In this document: in pieces, positions 52,744 through 64,000 of the stretch
How positions within the stretch are numbered: the first letter of the stretch is position 1
Layout of the letters: every line of letters begins with the position of its first letter
NCBI RefSeq assembly: GCF_018977255.1
Contig: NW_024704742.1
Coordinates: 620,001 to 684,000 of the forward strand
Length of the DNA: 64,000 nt
Direction of reading: 5' to 3'
Origin: Callorhinchus milii
Taxonomy: Eukaryota
The notes under the pieces: generated by a model
What the model was told of the DNA's origin: nothing
Seen by the model: the letters and a program-made list of their open reading frames with translations, nothing else
Databases searched by the model: none
Position numbers and translations under genes: made by a program

Positions 52744-53111
52744 GTAAGTGATGGGAACTGCAGCTGCTTTCAGAATTGCCAAGGCAGGAGGACAACAAGG
52801 GCCAGGTCGAGGTGAAGGCCCGGCAGCAGGAAGTATCTGCATAGAGGAAGATAATTTAACGAGTGGAACAGGTTACCAGGAAGGGTGCTGGAAGCCAGGA
52901 CCCCGGACGTGTCTAATATACAGCTTGTTACTGTGCGGGTACGGTCGGGTGGGTTTTCCTGGGAAGATGAGATCAAATGGTAAACAATGCAGTCAGTCCG
53001 ACAGTGCTATCCACTCTACTAACGGATATGGTACAGTTCATACTAACAGTCAGTAAGTTTCTAGGTGTCTTAAGGTTGTTTTGAGGCTTGTTGTGGTATT
53101 TTATCTCTCAG

Positions 53112-53269
53112 GTGTGCACAGCATGGCCGGTGCTGGGTTTCCCGAGGGATCGGGTGGGGTTAAGTGCGATCACCCAGAGGAGCCTGAAGGTCAAGGTTAA
53201 TGATGTGATCTCGGTGCAGCCACTGAACAGCCCCATCTTGCAAGCGGAGGAGTTACATTTAACTTTGAG
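53112..53269 (+). CDS. SPATA5: SPATA5 exon 3 (158 nt)
   Basis: tctcag|GTG TGC ACA GCA TGG CCG...TTG AG|gtttgt = VCTAWPVLGFPRDRVGLSAITQRSLKVKVNDVISVQPLNSPILQAEELHLTL(R). Confidence 0.92.
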
Positions 53270-53759
53270 GTTTGTATCCACTAGATCTGGTCTTACGCTT
53301 CAATTATGCTGAGTTCCAGCTTATCTCTTCACATCCGCTGGCATATAGAGTCTCTCCAACTCGTTATCGGTCTGATACTTGAGCTGGGCGGACTAGTTAA
53401 AGCACCTGTGGGCACTGGTAAGGCAGCATCTGGAGAAGTCAGAGTAGGTTCTCGCCCCGTAATGTGCAGAGTGGCCACAAAGTCCTGCTTTTATTTGATG
53501 AGACTCCAGAGCGGCTGAAACAAGCTGTCAGAGATGCCGTTTGCTTCCTCACTCACATCCATGTCACGGAAGATATCACACCGAACATAGCGACAGATTA
53601 TTATCGGCCATGAAAATGATGGCCCTCACTCGCGCACGCGCACGAACACGCGCACGCACACCGATTGTCTGGACGTTCAATTACAGTTAAACACTTGTAC
53701 TGATTACAATTAAGTGCTTCAAAATACAGTACTCTGCATTCCTCCACATGTTTCAGTTG

Positions 53760-54085
53760 TTGGTCAGTGCTGTGTAGGGAGGGAAAGAAGGTGACAAGAC
53801 TTTGTGGACACCCTGTACATTGAAGCTTGACTCGATAATGCCAAGGTAGCGGAACGAGAGAAGCAGGGGGGTTACACGGGACAATTTCCGGGACAGAAAC
53901 TGGGAAGTACTTCTTTACCTATGGCATTTTAATGGCTGGAACAGGTTATCAAGAGGCCAGGACACTGGACTTGTTTACCAAACAGCTTGATGGAGTAATG
54001 GGAGGTCGGTAGATTGGGTCTCCAGGAAAGATGAGATCAAATGGGCTGAATAATCTTTTTCATCTGAACCATTCTTCTGATTTCC
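53760..54085 (+). mobile_element. CR1-like 3' fragment (related copy at about 52830-52985)
   Basis: Both share TGGAACAGGTTA...CAGCTTG...GGAAGATGAGATCAAATGG. Confidence 0.55.
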
Positions 54086-54186
54086 TGGAAATAAGTGGTA
54101 TCCGGTTACTTGAAGCAGTTAGTGGAGTTGTGTCAGGAAATCGGTTTGGATTGTTTCAAGAAAATCTCCTTTCTCGTTGATTCCAG

Positions 54187-54245
54187 AGATCAAGACGATT
54201 CTTTTAAGACGGACGAATTGTCGGATTTCCTGCTGAGGAGCTTGG
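54187..54245 (+). CDS. SPATA5: SPATA5 exon 4 (59 nt)
   Basis: ttccag|A GAT CAA...AGC TTG G|gtaagg = DQDDSFKTDELSDFLLRSL. Phase 2 in and phase 1 out fit the neighbouring exons. Confidence 0.88.
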
Positions 54246-54814
54246 GTAAGGACACACCGTGCGGGGTTTGCTCAAAACGATGCAAACCGGCAGTGAATCA
54301 TTGCTGGCACATTATCTTGGAATTCCCGTCGGTTACGGATGCTGTGGCACTATTCGTGGAGAGAAGGCAGTTTCCCCCCGTGTCCTGGTCTTGTTTGATC
54401 ATAGATTACTATTGTCTGTTGTTTGGGTCTGCGTCCTGGGGAGAGTGGGGGGGAGGGTGGGCTCTGGCCTGTGTCCGGGTGGGTGGGTTTGGTGGTGGTG
54501 GGGGGAGCTGCCAGCCTGGATTGTTTGCTGGGCCTTTGCACTCGTGCTCTGAATGTTAACGGCACCTGGCGTGACATAGACAAGACTCACCCGGTGTTTA
54601 CACTCCTGACGAGTTCCCGTTCCTCTTATTCCCCTGCCCCGCACCCTCGAATTCCCTTCTCTCCCGAGTTTCCTGTTAAATCTTGAGCGTCGTTGTGCTT
54701 CCTGCCTCACCTGGGGGCGATGAAGTTTCCCCGCAAACTCCCTGTTAGATCTGCCGCCTTCCACGCGATGATTAACGTCCCATCGGTTTCACGTACCCTT
54801 TGCTCCTCGCGTAG

Positions 54815-55393
54815 ACGGCAAGATCGTGTTCCCTGGGAACCTCCTGCACGTGCAGTTTTACGGGCGGCCTTGCAGCTCGACGGTGACGAAGGTGAAAGGA
54901 GTGGACGGTGTGGTGTTGGAGGGTCCCCCGGATAGCGAGGCTGTGGACTTGCCAGCCTCGGCCCACGAGACCAGCGCCATAGACCTGTCCACCCACCTCA
55001 GCGGGCTGGCTATAGACGACTCTGGAGGAGAAGGGAGCCCGACCGGCCAAGCCCGGCCCCCCGCCGCCATCGCTTCCCCAGCTCCCTGCCCCCCCGCGGT
55101 GGGCGGGGAGAGCCTGGGATCGGTCCGGGAGGGGGACGCCGGGCGGGATCCTCCACTGGAGGACTTTATGCTGCAACAGGACAAGCGGGCGAGAGGTGGC
55201 GGAGAGGTCTTTTACTACATCTCTCCTCTCACTCGGATCAAGTGGCCAGACTGTGCCCGTGGGGAGTCTGCCCGGGAGGAGGCCGAGGCCAGGGTTACGT
55301 ACGACGCGATCGGGGGACTGGCAGCCCAGCTCCGCGCCATTCGAGAGACCATTGAGTTGCCCCTGAAGCAGCCGGAGCTCTTCAGATCCTATG
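54815..55393 (+). CDS. SPATA5: SPATA5 exon 5 (579 nt)
   Basis: gcgtag|AC GGC AAG ATC GTG TTC CCT GGG AAC...TCC TAT G|gtacga = (D)GKIVFPGNLLHVQFYGRP...low-complexity linker...VTYDAIGGLAAQLRAIRETIELPLKQPELFRSY. Confidence 0.94.
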
Positions 55394-55547
55394 GTACGAG
55401 TGTGGAGCAGGTGCATAACGAGGGCTTGGCGGGGCAGAAAAAGGGGGTCTTGGGGTCTTTTTTTTTTACGGTCATCCTGGTCTCCTGACACGTCACCGTG
55501 CCTTCAGAGAATCTCAACGGAACTGAGCATTCCACGCGTGTTTTCCC

Positions 55548-56300
55548 ACCTACGCAAGGAATTTTCCCTGTGTCTGGAATGGAATGATGCGCACTCTCTC
55601 CCCTGGAGGGAAGCTCTCTGCTTTACCTAATTTCGGAGCGTATCAGGCGCAGGTGGATGGGAGCCAAGGTTTTGGGACGCCCAGAGTGTGTGTGTGTTGG
55701 AGTCTAATCAGCTGAAGCCACGTGGCTTGTCATTAATGTCGCTGTCTGGCAAGCTTTCTTAATGCTGGTCCAGCTGGGACCACCCTACCCATCAGGGCTT
55801 TGACTTGCTGGGGTAACAGGAGCTGATTGGGATGATTCTCTGCCACCAGTGACTGGTTTGCCTTCTAATTCCTGCCAATGAGCCAGGCTGGGGCTGCGCT
55901 GTCATAATAATAATCCTTGCATTTGATACAGCGCCTTATCATGTCTTCGAGATGTCTCAAAGTGCTTCACAGGATACACTGTAAAGTGTAGTGACTGTAT
56001 AATTTGTGGGCGAAACGCGGCAGCCAATTGTGCACAGCAGCGTCCCCACAAACAGTCGTGGATTGAAGTGACCAAATTATTTTTTAAACTTATTTTGAAG
56101 GAATTATTACCCCGGAAAAGCGAACCAAGTTCCTGCTCACTGGTGGGTAAACAAGAGACGTGTGTGTGGAGTAAGGAAACCTGCCCAATGTTTTGCCCTG
56201 CCCGGGAATCGAACCCAGGTCCTCTCGTTTGCGAGGCGAGTGGTCTAACCACTGAGCTACAGGACTCCACAGGTCGTCAGCAGTGCTCTCAAGTACTGTG
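55548..56300 (+). repeat. Family C repeat interrupted by SINE A (55904-56270)
   Basis: GGACCACCCTACC..CAGGGCTTT...CCTGCCAATGAGCCAGGCTGGG...GTCAT[SINE]GTCGTCAGCAGTGCTCT matches the uninterrupted copy at 35101-35245. Confidence 0.7.
55904..56270 (-). mobile_element. SINE family A, full length, young; nested in family C repeat
   Basis: Intact A and B boxes and a cloverleaf-like head (56195-56265). Flanked by gtcat/gtcgt. Confidence 0.88.
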
Positions 56301-56632
56301 GACCCACCGAGCTCAGGAGCTGGACAATCGAGACCACCACAGAGGGTTGACTCGATTTTGACTTTTGTTTTGCCAAACATGTCACCTTGGGGCCAGGAGG
56401 GCTTCACGGAGACCCTGCTTACCTCCTCCCCTCCCGAGATCGGTCCTTAGAGATGCGTGGAGGAGTGGGATTGTGGGATGCACAGTAGGCCTTATCCTGG
56501 AAGGGGTCTGAATGATTATGATGATAGAAACATGGGTCTGAGTGACATTGATGCCCGTGCCCCCCCCGCCACCCCCTCGCTCGCCCCTCCCTCCCCCACC
56601 CCTGCACTGAGCCCCCCAGGCACAGACGTTGA

Positions 56633-56785
<153 letters not shown>

Positions 56786-57267
56786 TAAGTGCAGTAAGTC
56801 TTTGGGTCCCTGGTCGGGTTTCCGAGCCCAGCAAAACAACCCAATTGAGCTGCGATAAAAGGTGCAGTAAATAGAAAGGGGCTGACAATGAATCGGGTCA
56901 AAAATAATCCTAATAATCCTCGTGTTTGGTGTAGTGCCTTTCGTGTCGGGAGGACGTCCCAAGGGGCCTTCACAGGAGATACTGTAACGCGCAGTGAGGG
57001 TGTGATTTGTGGGCGAAGCTGTAAACCGCAGCCAATTTACGCATAAACCAATCGTGAAGCGATATCGACCGATTTGTTCTTTGAACTTGAAGGAAACCCA
57101 CTCAGAAGTGACTGTGCTTTATCTGCACAGTACGTGCGAGGCAATCCCTCACGGACTCCACTCCACTCATTTATTGTACATCGGTACCTCCTCGAGGGTC
57201 AGAGTGGTTTGTTCATCCCACGGCTCTACTCCTCAACCCTCGCTGTTTGTCCTCACGCAAAAATAGT

Positions 57268-57710
57268 GTGTCAGCCTGGTCTAGTCAGTGCACCAGTCAG
57301 TGGCACTCTCTCCTCTCGAGTCAGAAGGTTGTGGGTTCAAGCCCCACGTAGGGCCTTTTGAGCTCAAGAGTCTGACCTGACCCTCCATTGCAGTCCGAGA
57401 GGTTGTGCTGCAACGTTGGAGGTGCTTTGCCTTCGGATGTTAAAACGAGATGCTGTCTGCGTGTCCAGGTGGACATTAAAGATCCCGACCAATTCGAAAA
57501 AGAGAAGGGAGTTTTTCCCGGTGTGTTCCCGGCTAACAGTCCCCCAATAAAATGACGTCATTCACTTCACGGCTGTTTGTGGGACTTTGCTGTGCGCAAA
57601 TTGGCTGGTGAGTTTGCTGACAAAATAATCGGTTTCTGCACTTTACAGTAAATCTTGCGATGGGCCCTCCTGACGCGAAACACTGAATTAAACACTGATT
57701 ATCGTTATTT
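57268..57710 (+). mobile_element. SINE family B (DeuSINE-like), full length
   Basis: B box GGTTCAAGCCC, Deu domain. Partial copies also at about 1400-1650(-), 16560-16830, 30815-31090, 33045-33200(-), 40990-41240, 42800-43100, 46020-46220 and 59240-59480. Confidence 0.85.
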
Positions 57711-58249
57711 ATTACAATAAACCCCGGATACTGAGCATCACCTCACCTCGATATCCTGCGGAGCGCGGACTAACTCGCTCCACACTTACCCAAATCCGAT
57801 AACACCTGTTTCTTCATCACACGTTTATCGAGCGCTTGTTTTTTGCAGGAACCATCTCTGCCTTGGCCGATTGTTTTGGGGGGAATTTATACCACGGCGT
57901 CTGTCAGACCTGGAAAATTCCCCCCCTCCCCCAACCCACCCCCCCACATGTCTAATCTCACTTCATGTTTCCTCTGAATTTTAACACTTAAATGATCTGA
58001 AAATAAATGTTTGTGCGCTGTGGTAACTTGACTGATTCTGCGAGTCTCACCAACGCTCATAGTTCTGCCGTGATCTAACACAGTGAGTCGAGTGTTAGGG
58101 CAGAGGATGGCAGAACAGCGTGACACTTGTTATTGGGGGTTTTGCCCCGATCGCTGGGGGTAACTAAACGCCGACCGACCTGGCTATCTGGTGGGTTATT
58201 CCAGTCTCTGTGACGTTAACACATCTGCCCTCCCTCCTCTCTGCGACAG

Positions 58250-58306
58250 GTATTACGGAGAGAGCGAAGCAAGACTGAGGCAGATCTTTGAAGAGGCCAC
58301 TCGACG
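58250..58306 (+). CDS. SPATA5: SPATA5 exon 7 (57 nt)
   Basis: gacag|G TAT TAC GGA GAG AGC GAA GCA AGA CTG AGG CAG ATC TTT GAA GAG GCC ACT CGA CG|gtaaac = YYGESEARLRQIFEEATR (AAA pore loop 1 region). Confidence 0.95.
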
Positions 58307-58528
58307 GTAAACAAGCAAACAAGCGACAGCCTGTGTCCGCCCCTGTAAATGATGGGAGCATTTCATCTGCCGGCGTTGGCACGGAAATCTTATGTCGATG
58401 TTGTCGGGAAAGAATGGCAGCTGGTTCCTAAACGGTCTCAGCATGTCACCTTTGCGTTTTGCCCACAGTCACTACACTTTACAGTGGTATACTGTGAAGC
58501 GTTTTGAGACGTCCCGAAGACGTGATAG

Positions 58529-58798
<270 letters not shown>

Positions 58799-60147
58799 TA
58801 AAGTAACAAGGCGGGGTCCGATCTTAGAACGAGAAGACTTTTCGGGCCTCTGTTTCGCGTTGCGCCCACAAAACACACACAGTCAATTCACTTTACAGTG
58901 TATCCTGTGAAGCGCTTTGAGACGTCTCGACGTCGTGATGAGGCGCTGCATCAAATGCCAGGATTAGTATTATTATTATTATTGTTATTACTCTGTTGCT
59001 CTGTGTTAGTGGGAGCCCAGCGCCACCTACTGGCTCCATCAGGTTATGTTTCCGCTGCTGTTGTGTGACAGAGACGGTAAAACAATCCTTGCGTCTGTAA
59101 ATGTAAACAGACGGGGGAAGAAACAAAGCGTTTTGTCGTGAAAAGTGGTGGAGAGAGGCCCGACATCAAAAACCAGGTTAGGTGTAAGTGTCTGCTCCAG
59201 AACCAGAATAGGGCAGAACGTTTAGATAGTTAACCCGGTGCTTTGAATAAGACGTTAAACCGCAGTTACGCCTGTCCATTGTAGGAGGACGTCAAAGATC
59301 TTATGAGACATCGGAAAAACGAAGAGAGTTTCTCCCGGTGTCCTGGCCAAAAACCTTCCAGATTGAATGGTTGGTTTTAGTTAATCTACCGGGTTGTTAG
59401 TGAGACCCGGCTGTGTGAGCAGGGGTGGGCGCTGTTTCTGCCAACAAGAAGAGTCGTTACTCTTGACGGTAGTTGTGCTTTGAAGCTTTCATCAGATGAA
59501 TCGAAAGCGCGTGGTTGAAGAGGAAGGTCTTGAGACAGACCTTGAAGGAGCTGAGGGCAGGGGTGAGGTGTAGGGACTCTGGGATGCAGTTCCAGAGAGT
59601 GGGGCAGAAAGGCTGGAAGCCTGACCGCTCCATGTCGAGCGCAGGGAGCAGGCGAGTGAGTAGCGTTTTTAGAAGGTCACAGAGGTAGAGGAGGGCAAGG
59701 CCACGGAGGGCTTTAAAAGTGATCCAGGACGTGGATCTTCAACTTGATCCTCGGGATGTGGAGCCGGGCAAAGACGAGAGCCACAGACTCCCGCGAGGAA
59801 GCGAGAGCGGGAGAGAACACAAGTCAGCAGTGATGTGACAACCCAGATTCAATCACTCAACCAACCGTACTCTTAACCAGGTTTCCTTGTTGCCTGCTCT
59901 TGGGTTGGTTTATTATAACAACAACAATAATATAATAATTATAATAATATTATAATATAATATACAATAATAATAATACAATAATAAAAATCCTTGCATT
60001 TGATCTGGCGCCTGATCACGTCTTCGAGACGTCTCAAAGCGTTTCACGGGGTACACTGGAAAGTGTAGTGACTGTGTGTTTTGTGGGTGAAAGGCGGCAG
60101 CCAATTGCGCCCGACGATGTCTCCAATTATAGCTTATTGAGTTCCTG

Positions 60148-60320
60148 GTGGGCTGGGCAGGGCAGGGCTGAGCAGGGCTGGGCTGAGCAGGGCTGGGCTG
60201 AGCTGGGCAGGGCAGGGCAGGGCAGGGCTGAGCTGGGCAGGGCAGGGCAGGGCTGGGCTGGGCAGGGCAGGGCTGGGCAGGGCTGAGCAGGGCAGGGCTG
60301 GGCTGGCAGCGCTGGGCTGG
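60148..60320 (+). repeat. G-rich pentamer array (GGGCA/GGGCT/GAGCT)n
   Basis: Read directly; about 100 nt upstream of SPATA5 exon 9. Confidence 0.92.
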
Positions 60321-60425
60321 TGACTGTTGACCTGCTCTGGCTGGCGGTGAACGCGTTGGGTGAGTTTGGCTTCTTGACCGTCTTGACCTTTTTTCTGGGG
60401 CCCCCCCCATCCCCCACTGTACCAG

Positions 60426-60681
60426 GAGGGCAGTCGTGGCCAGCTGGTGGTCCTGGGTGCCACGAACCGCCCTCACGCCCTGGACCCCGCGCTGCGCAGA
60501 CCCGGACGGTTCGACAAAGAAATCGAAGTCGGGATCCCCAGCCCCGAGCAGCGGGCGGACATCCTGAGGAAGCTGTTGAGGAACGTTCCGGCTTCGCTGA
60601 GGGAGGCGGAGCTGGTGCGGTTGGCGGATGCTGCCCACGGCTACGTCGGAGCTGATCTGGCCGCCGTCTGCAAGGAAGCCG
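60426..60681 (+). CDS. SPATA5: SPATA5 exon 9 (256 nt), second region of homology; GC donor; gene continues beyond the window
   Basis: accag|GAG GGC AGT CGT GGC CAG...GAA GCC G|gcaagt = [38 protein letters not shown]...[15 protein letters not shown](G). Confidence 0.93.
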
Positions 60682-61020
60682 GCAAGTACTGGGCCACGAG
60701 GGCCAAACCCCCCGCCCGCCCCCCCACCCCCCGCCCGCCCTCGCTGCTGCTGCTGTCTTTTTATTATTTCGTTTTGCGCCATCGCGTGGTCAACATGGGT
60801 ATTACCCGGAGACAAGAAAGCTGCCGTTAGTCAGTTAAGTTAGTTGGTTAGTTAATTAGTTAATTAGTTAGTCAGTCTCAATCAGACTAAACTGAACATC
60901 ACGACAAAAATCACACGGCAAAGTCAGTTGCAACACGGGCGTGCCAGCATTTGAGGATTTAAGTAAAATGGGGGCAGTTTGGTCAGTGAATAATTTTTTT
61001 TAAAAAAAGCAATGATTGGT

Positions 61021-61330
61021 AATAATAATCCTGGCATTTTCATATCACGCCTTATCGCGTCTTCGAGACGTCTCGAAGCGTTTCTCAGGGTACACTGCGA
61101 AGTGAATTGGCTGTATATTTTGTGGGTGAAACGCGGCAGCCAATCGCGCACAGCAGCGTCCCCACAAACAGCCGTGGATTGAAGTGACCAAATTTATTAT
61201 TGTTTTTTTTCTGGAGGGATTATTATTTAGGGCTGTGTGTGGAGTGAGGAAACTTGCCCAAGGTTTGGCCCTGACTGACCTGCCGCGAATCGAACCCAGG
61301 TCTCTCGCGTGCGAGGCGATATGGTTCGCA
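61021..61330 (-). mobile_element. SINE family A
   Basis: Reverse complement of tail, Deu part and partial head. Confidence 0.8.
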
Positions 61331-61344
61331 TTACATTATCACGG

Positions 61345-61908
61345 TGTGTCAGCCTCATGCAGTTGGTAGCACTCTTGCCTCGGAGTCAGAAGGTCGTGGG
61401 CTCAAACCCCACGTCGGGGACTTGGAGGCACATAGTCGAAGCTGACACTCCAATGGTGGGGGCTGTTGTGTTGTCAGATGAGATGTCAACCCGAGGTCCC
61501 GTCTGCCTGTGCAGTTGGATGTCAAAGATTCTGTGGCACTGCTTCAAAAGCGAAGGGAGTTTCTCTCGGTGTCTTGGCCAACAATCCCCCAGATATCTGT
61601 GGAGTCCTGTAAACTCAGTGGTTAGAGCTCTCACCTCGCGAGCGAGAGACCTGTGTTCGATTCCCGGCGGAGGGCGAAACCTTGGGCAAGTTTCCTCACT
61701 CCACACGCCCGATAATAAAAAACAATAATAATTTGGTCATTTCAATCCACGACTGTTTGTGGGGCACTGTTGTGCGCAATTGGCTGCTGCGTTCGCCCAC
61801 AAATATACAGTCAATTCACTTTACAGTCTATTTATTCTGTGAAGCTCTTTGAGACGTCGAGAAGATGTGATAAGGTGTTATATCAAATGTGAGGATTGTT
61901 ATTATTAT
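61345..61908 (+). mobile_element. Composite SINE: family B 5' part (61345-61595) followed by family A element (61598-61908)
   Basis: Two successive tRNA heads, each with A and B boxes, sharing one 3' tail. Confidence 0.8.
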
Positions 61909-62474
61909 AAATCAAATTGGTGACTCACTCCACTCCACTTTACACTATATCCTGTGAAGTGCTTCGAGATGTTGTGATAAGGTGCAACATCAAATGCAAG
62001 ACCTCGGGAGACGACCTCCCAGGTTTTAGTAATAATAATAATATAATTATCCTTACATTTGGTAAATCCCTCGAATGACCTGTTTTACAGTAAATCCCTT
62101 GAAAGACGTATTAATGAGCTTCAAGGAACTTACTGTAAAATAGGTCATTCTGTTGCTGAGCTCATAATGGCTGCTGCATTTGCCAACAAATACAGTCGCT
62201 GCACTTTACCGTGAACCTGTGAAGCACTTTGAGACATCTCGATGATGTAATAAGATGCTATATCAAATGTAAGGATTACTATTACTGTTGTAAGTGTAGT
62301 GACTGTATTTGTAGGCTATATATTTGTACAGAAGGACAGACAGATTGAAGGGAATGCATTCCCTCATATCTTTTACAGAACTTGTGTTGGAAGGAGTGAA
62401 TTACGAGGGTGGGAAGCTATTAAAACACAGCAGAAGGAAAGTAAGAAATGACCAGCTCTTTTCTCCCTATGTCT

Positions 62475-62797
62475 GTGGTGGCCCGTGGTGGGTTGGTTAG
62501 CGAACTCGCCTCGCAAGCGAGAACCTGGGTTCAATTCCCGTGCGGAGAGAAACCTTAGGCAAGTTTCCTTACTCCGCACGCCTCTGTTTACCTGGCAGTA
62601 AGCAAGAACCTGGTTGTTAGATCTCTTTCCGGGGGGTGATAATCCCGCACAAAAAAAAAGAATATTTGATTACTCGATCCACGACGCTGCTGCCTGCAAT
62701 TGGCTGCCGCGCTTCGCCCACAAAATGCCCTTTATATTCTGCGAAGCGCTTTGAGAGAACGTGATTTTGGTACCTCATCAAATGCAAGGATTATTAT
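62475..62797 (+). mobile_element. SINE family A
   Basis: CTCGCCTCGCAAGCGAG head, GGCAAGTTTCCTTACTCC middle, shortened Deu part, tail. Confidence 0.8.
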
Positions 62798-64000
62798 ATC
62801 ATTATATTCCCCCCCTCGTTACAAAGCCCGTTGCCCCATGACACCACGCAACAGCGTAACGCTGATACACTGATTTGGGTTGGGGGTGGAAGTTGTGGGG
62901 GTGGGGGAGGGAGTAAGGGGGTAAGGGGGTTTGCCGTGCTTGTGGAACAAAAATTGGAGTACAAGATTGGCAAATGCTTCTGTTCGCTGCTCTAAGAAAC
63001 GGTGGACTGAGGGCTGTGCCTGTTCCTGGCTCCACTGCCGTGGCTCTGTGCTGCTCCAGGTTGATTGATGGGCAGGTGGTGGTGGAGAGAGAGAGCGCTC
63101 ACGTGCTTTCAGTGTGCCGGGAGGAGGCGCTCGGGAACAAAATCCACCCGTTTTATGAAGGCAACGGCTTGTCCTGGTCAGGAGTTTGGTGCCGTAGAAT
63201 TAGGTTTTCTCCCTTTGCCCCCCCCCCACACACATCCCCCGCTCGGAGTCAGGCTCCACCACTGTTAAGAGCTCTGACACTCTGCCCTGCGTGGAGGGCG
63301 CTATATAAGTGCAAGTTGTTGTTGGTGGTGCGCAGGCAAGCGCACACGGAACGCGCTCTAACTCTTCCCCTTGGGAGAGGGGGAAGGACAGGTAACATCT
63401 CTGAAGCGAGTGGGGAGAAAAGTGGGGGGAAATTGATCACCTTTCCAAGCTTATGCTTCATTGAGTCAGCCAGTGAATGACGTGCATCAATGTCTGTCTC
63501 TCTCTCTCTCTCTGTTTGGTATGCTCCCCCATCCCCCCACTCAAAATCTCCCCCCCCCCCCACCTCCCCAACCTTCTCTGGATCGTGTGAATGCTCTGAC
63601 TTGTATTCAGGCTCATCCCCAGTGCAATGTGCCTGAGGTCAGCAACTGCGCAGGTCACACATGAGGAACTCCCAGCCTGGTTGGGATAATTCTTTTCAGC
63701 GCAGTGTGGTGGTGATGGGTTTCCGCGTGTGTCAGCCGTCCAGCTGGCCAAAGCAGGTTGGACCGACACAGGACCCCATCGCAAACACGTGAGCGAACTC
63801 TCTCGAACGACTCTGTTCACTCTGGAGCCCCGATGGGTCACGAACCAGGATTCTCGATGGTTTTCCCCTCACTTTAACCTCAAGAGAAACATCTCGTCTA
63901 CAACAGATGGCAGTTTCTGTTTCTCCAGCTCTGACCTTGAGCGTGTAAGAATGCAGCTTTTTTTTTCACTCTTTCTCTGGACTCGTGCCCCCAAAACAGT

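Noticed and set aside
54772..55491. 239 aa minus-strand ORF
   Set aside because: Antisense shadow of GC-rich SPATA5 exon 5.
56195..56265. tRNA-Ala(CGC)-like cloverleaf
   Set aside because: It is the head of a SINE A copy, runs straight into the SINE body, has stem mismatches and differs between copies.
59913..60815. 300 aa minus-strand ORF with PAQPC repeats
   Set aside because: Mosaic of antisense exon 9, the pentamer repeat and a SINE tail.
60682..64000. SPATA5 exon 10
   Set aside because: No sequence resembling the expected continuation (ALRR...IRPSAMRE) was found; it is presumably beyond the window.

Overview
This is vertebrate genomic DNA covering the conserved FGF2 - NUDT6 - SPATA5 (AFG2A) locus. 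The repeat content (DeuSINE/SacSINE1-like SINEs, shark-type CR1 and L2 3' ends) suggests a cartilaginous fish; this is an inference. The window holds FGF2 exons 2-3 (+; exon 1 lies upstream), a complete 5-exon NUDT6 (-; 954 nt CDS, 317 aa, intact Nudix box) and SPATA5 coding exons 1-9 (+; D1 AAA domain, gene runs off the right edge). All exon boundaries were read from the sequence and join in frame. Two introns need GC donors (G|GCAAGT). FGF2 and NUDT6 are tail-to-tail, with signs of a long FGF2 3'UTR running antisense through NUDT6 exons 5 and 4. NUDT6 and SPATA5 are head-to-head around a CpG island flanked by two 1.5-2.2 kb CA-rich arrays. The introns carry two tRNA-derived SINE families with different heads but a shared 3' half, LINE 3' ends, a MITE-like palindrome, an unclassified repeat family and a near-perfect 78-nt hairpin derived from it. 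I found no convincing new protein-coding system; the novel candidates are regulatory, RNA-level or repeat-level.
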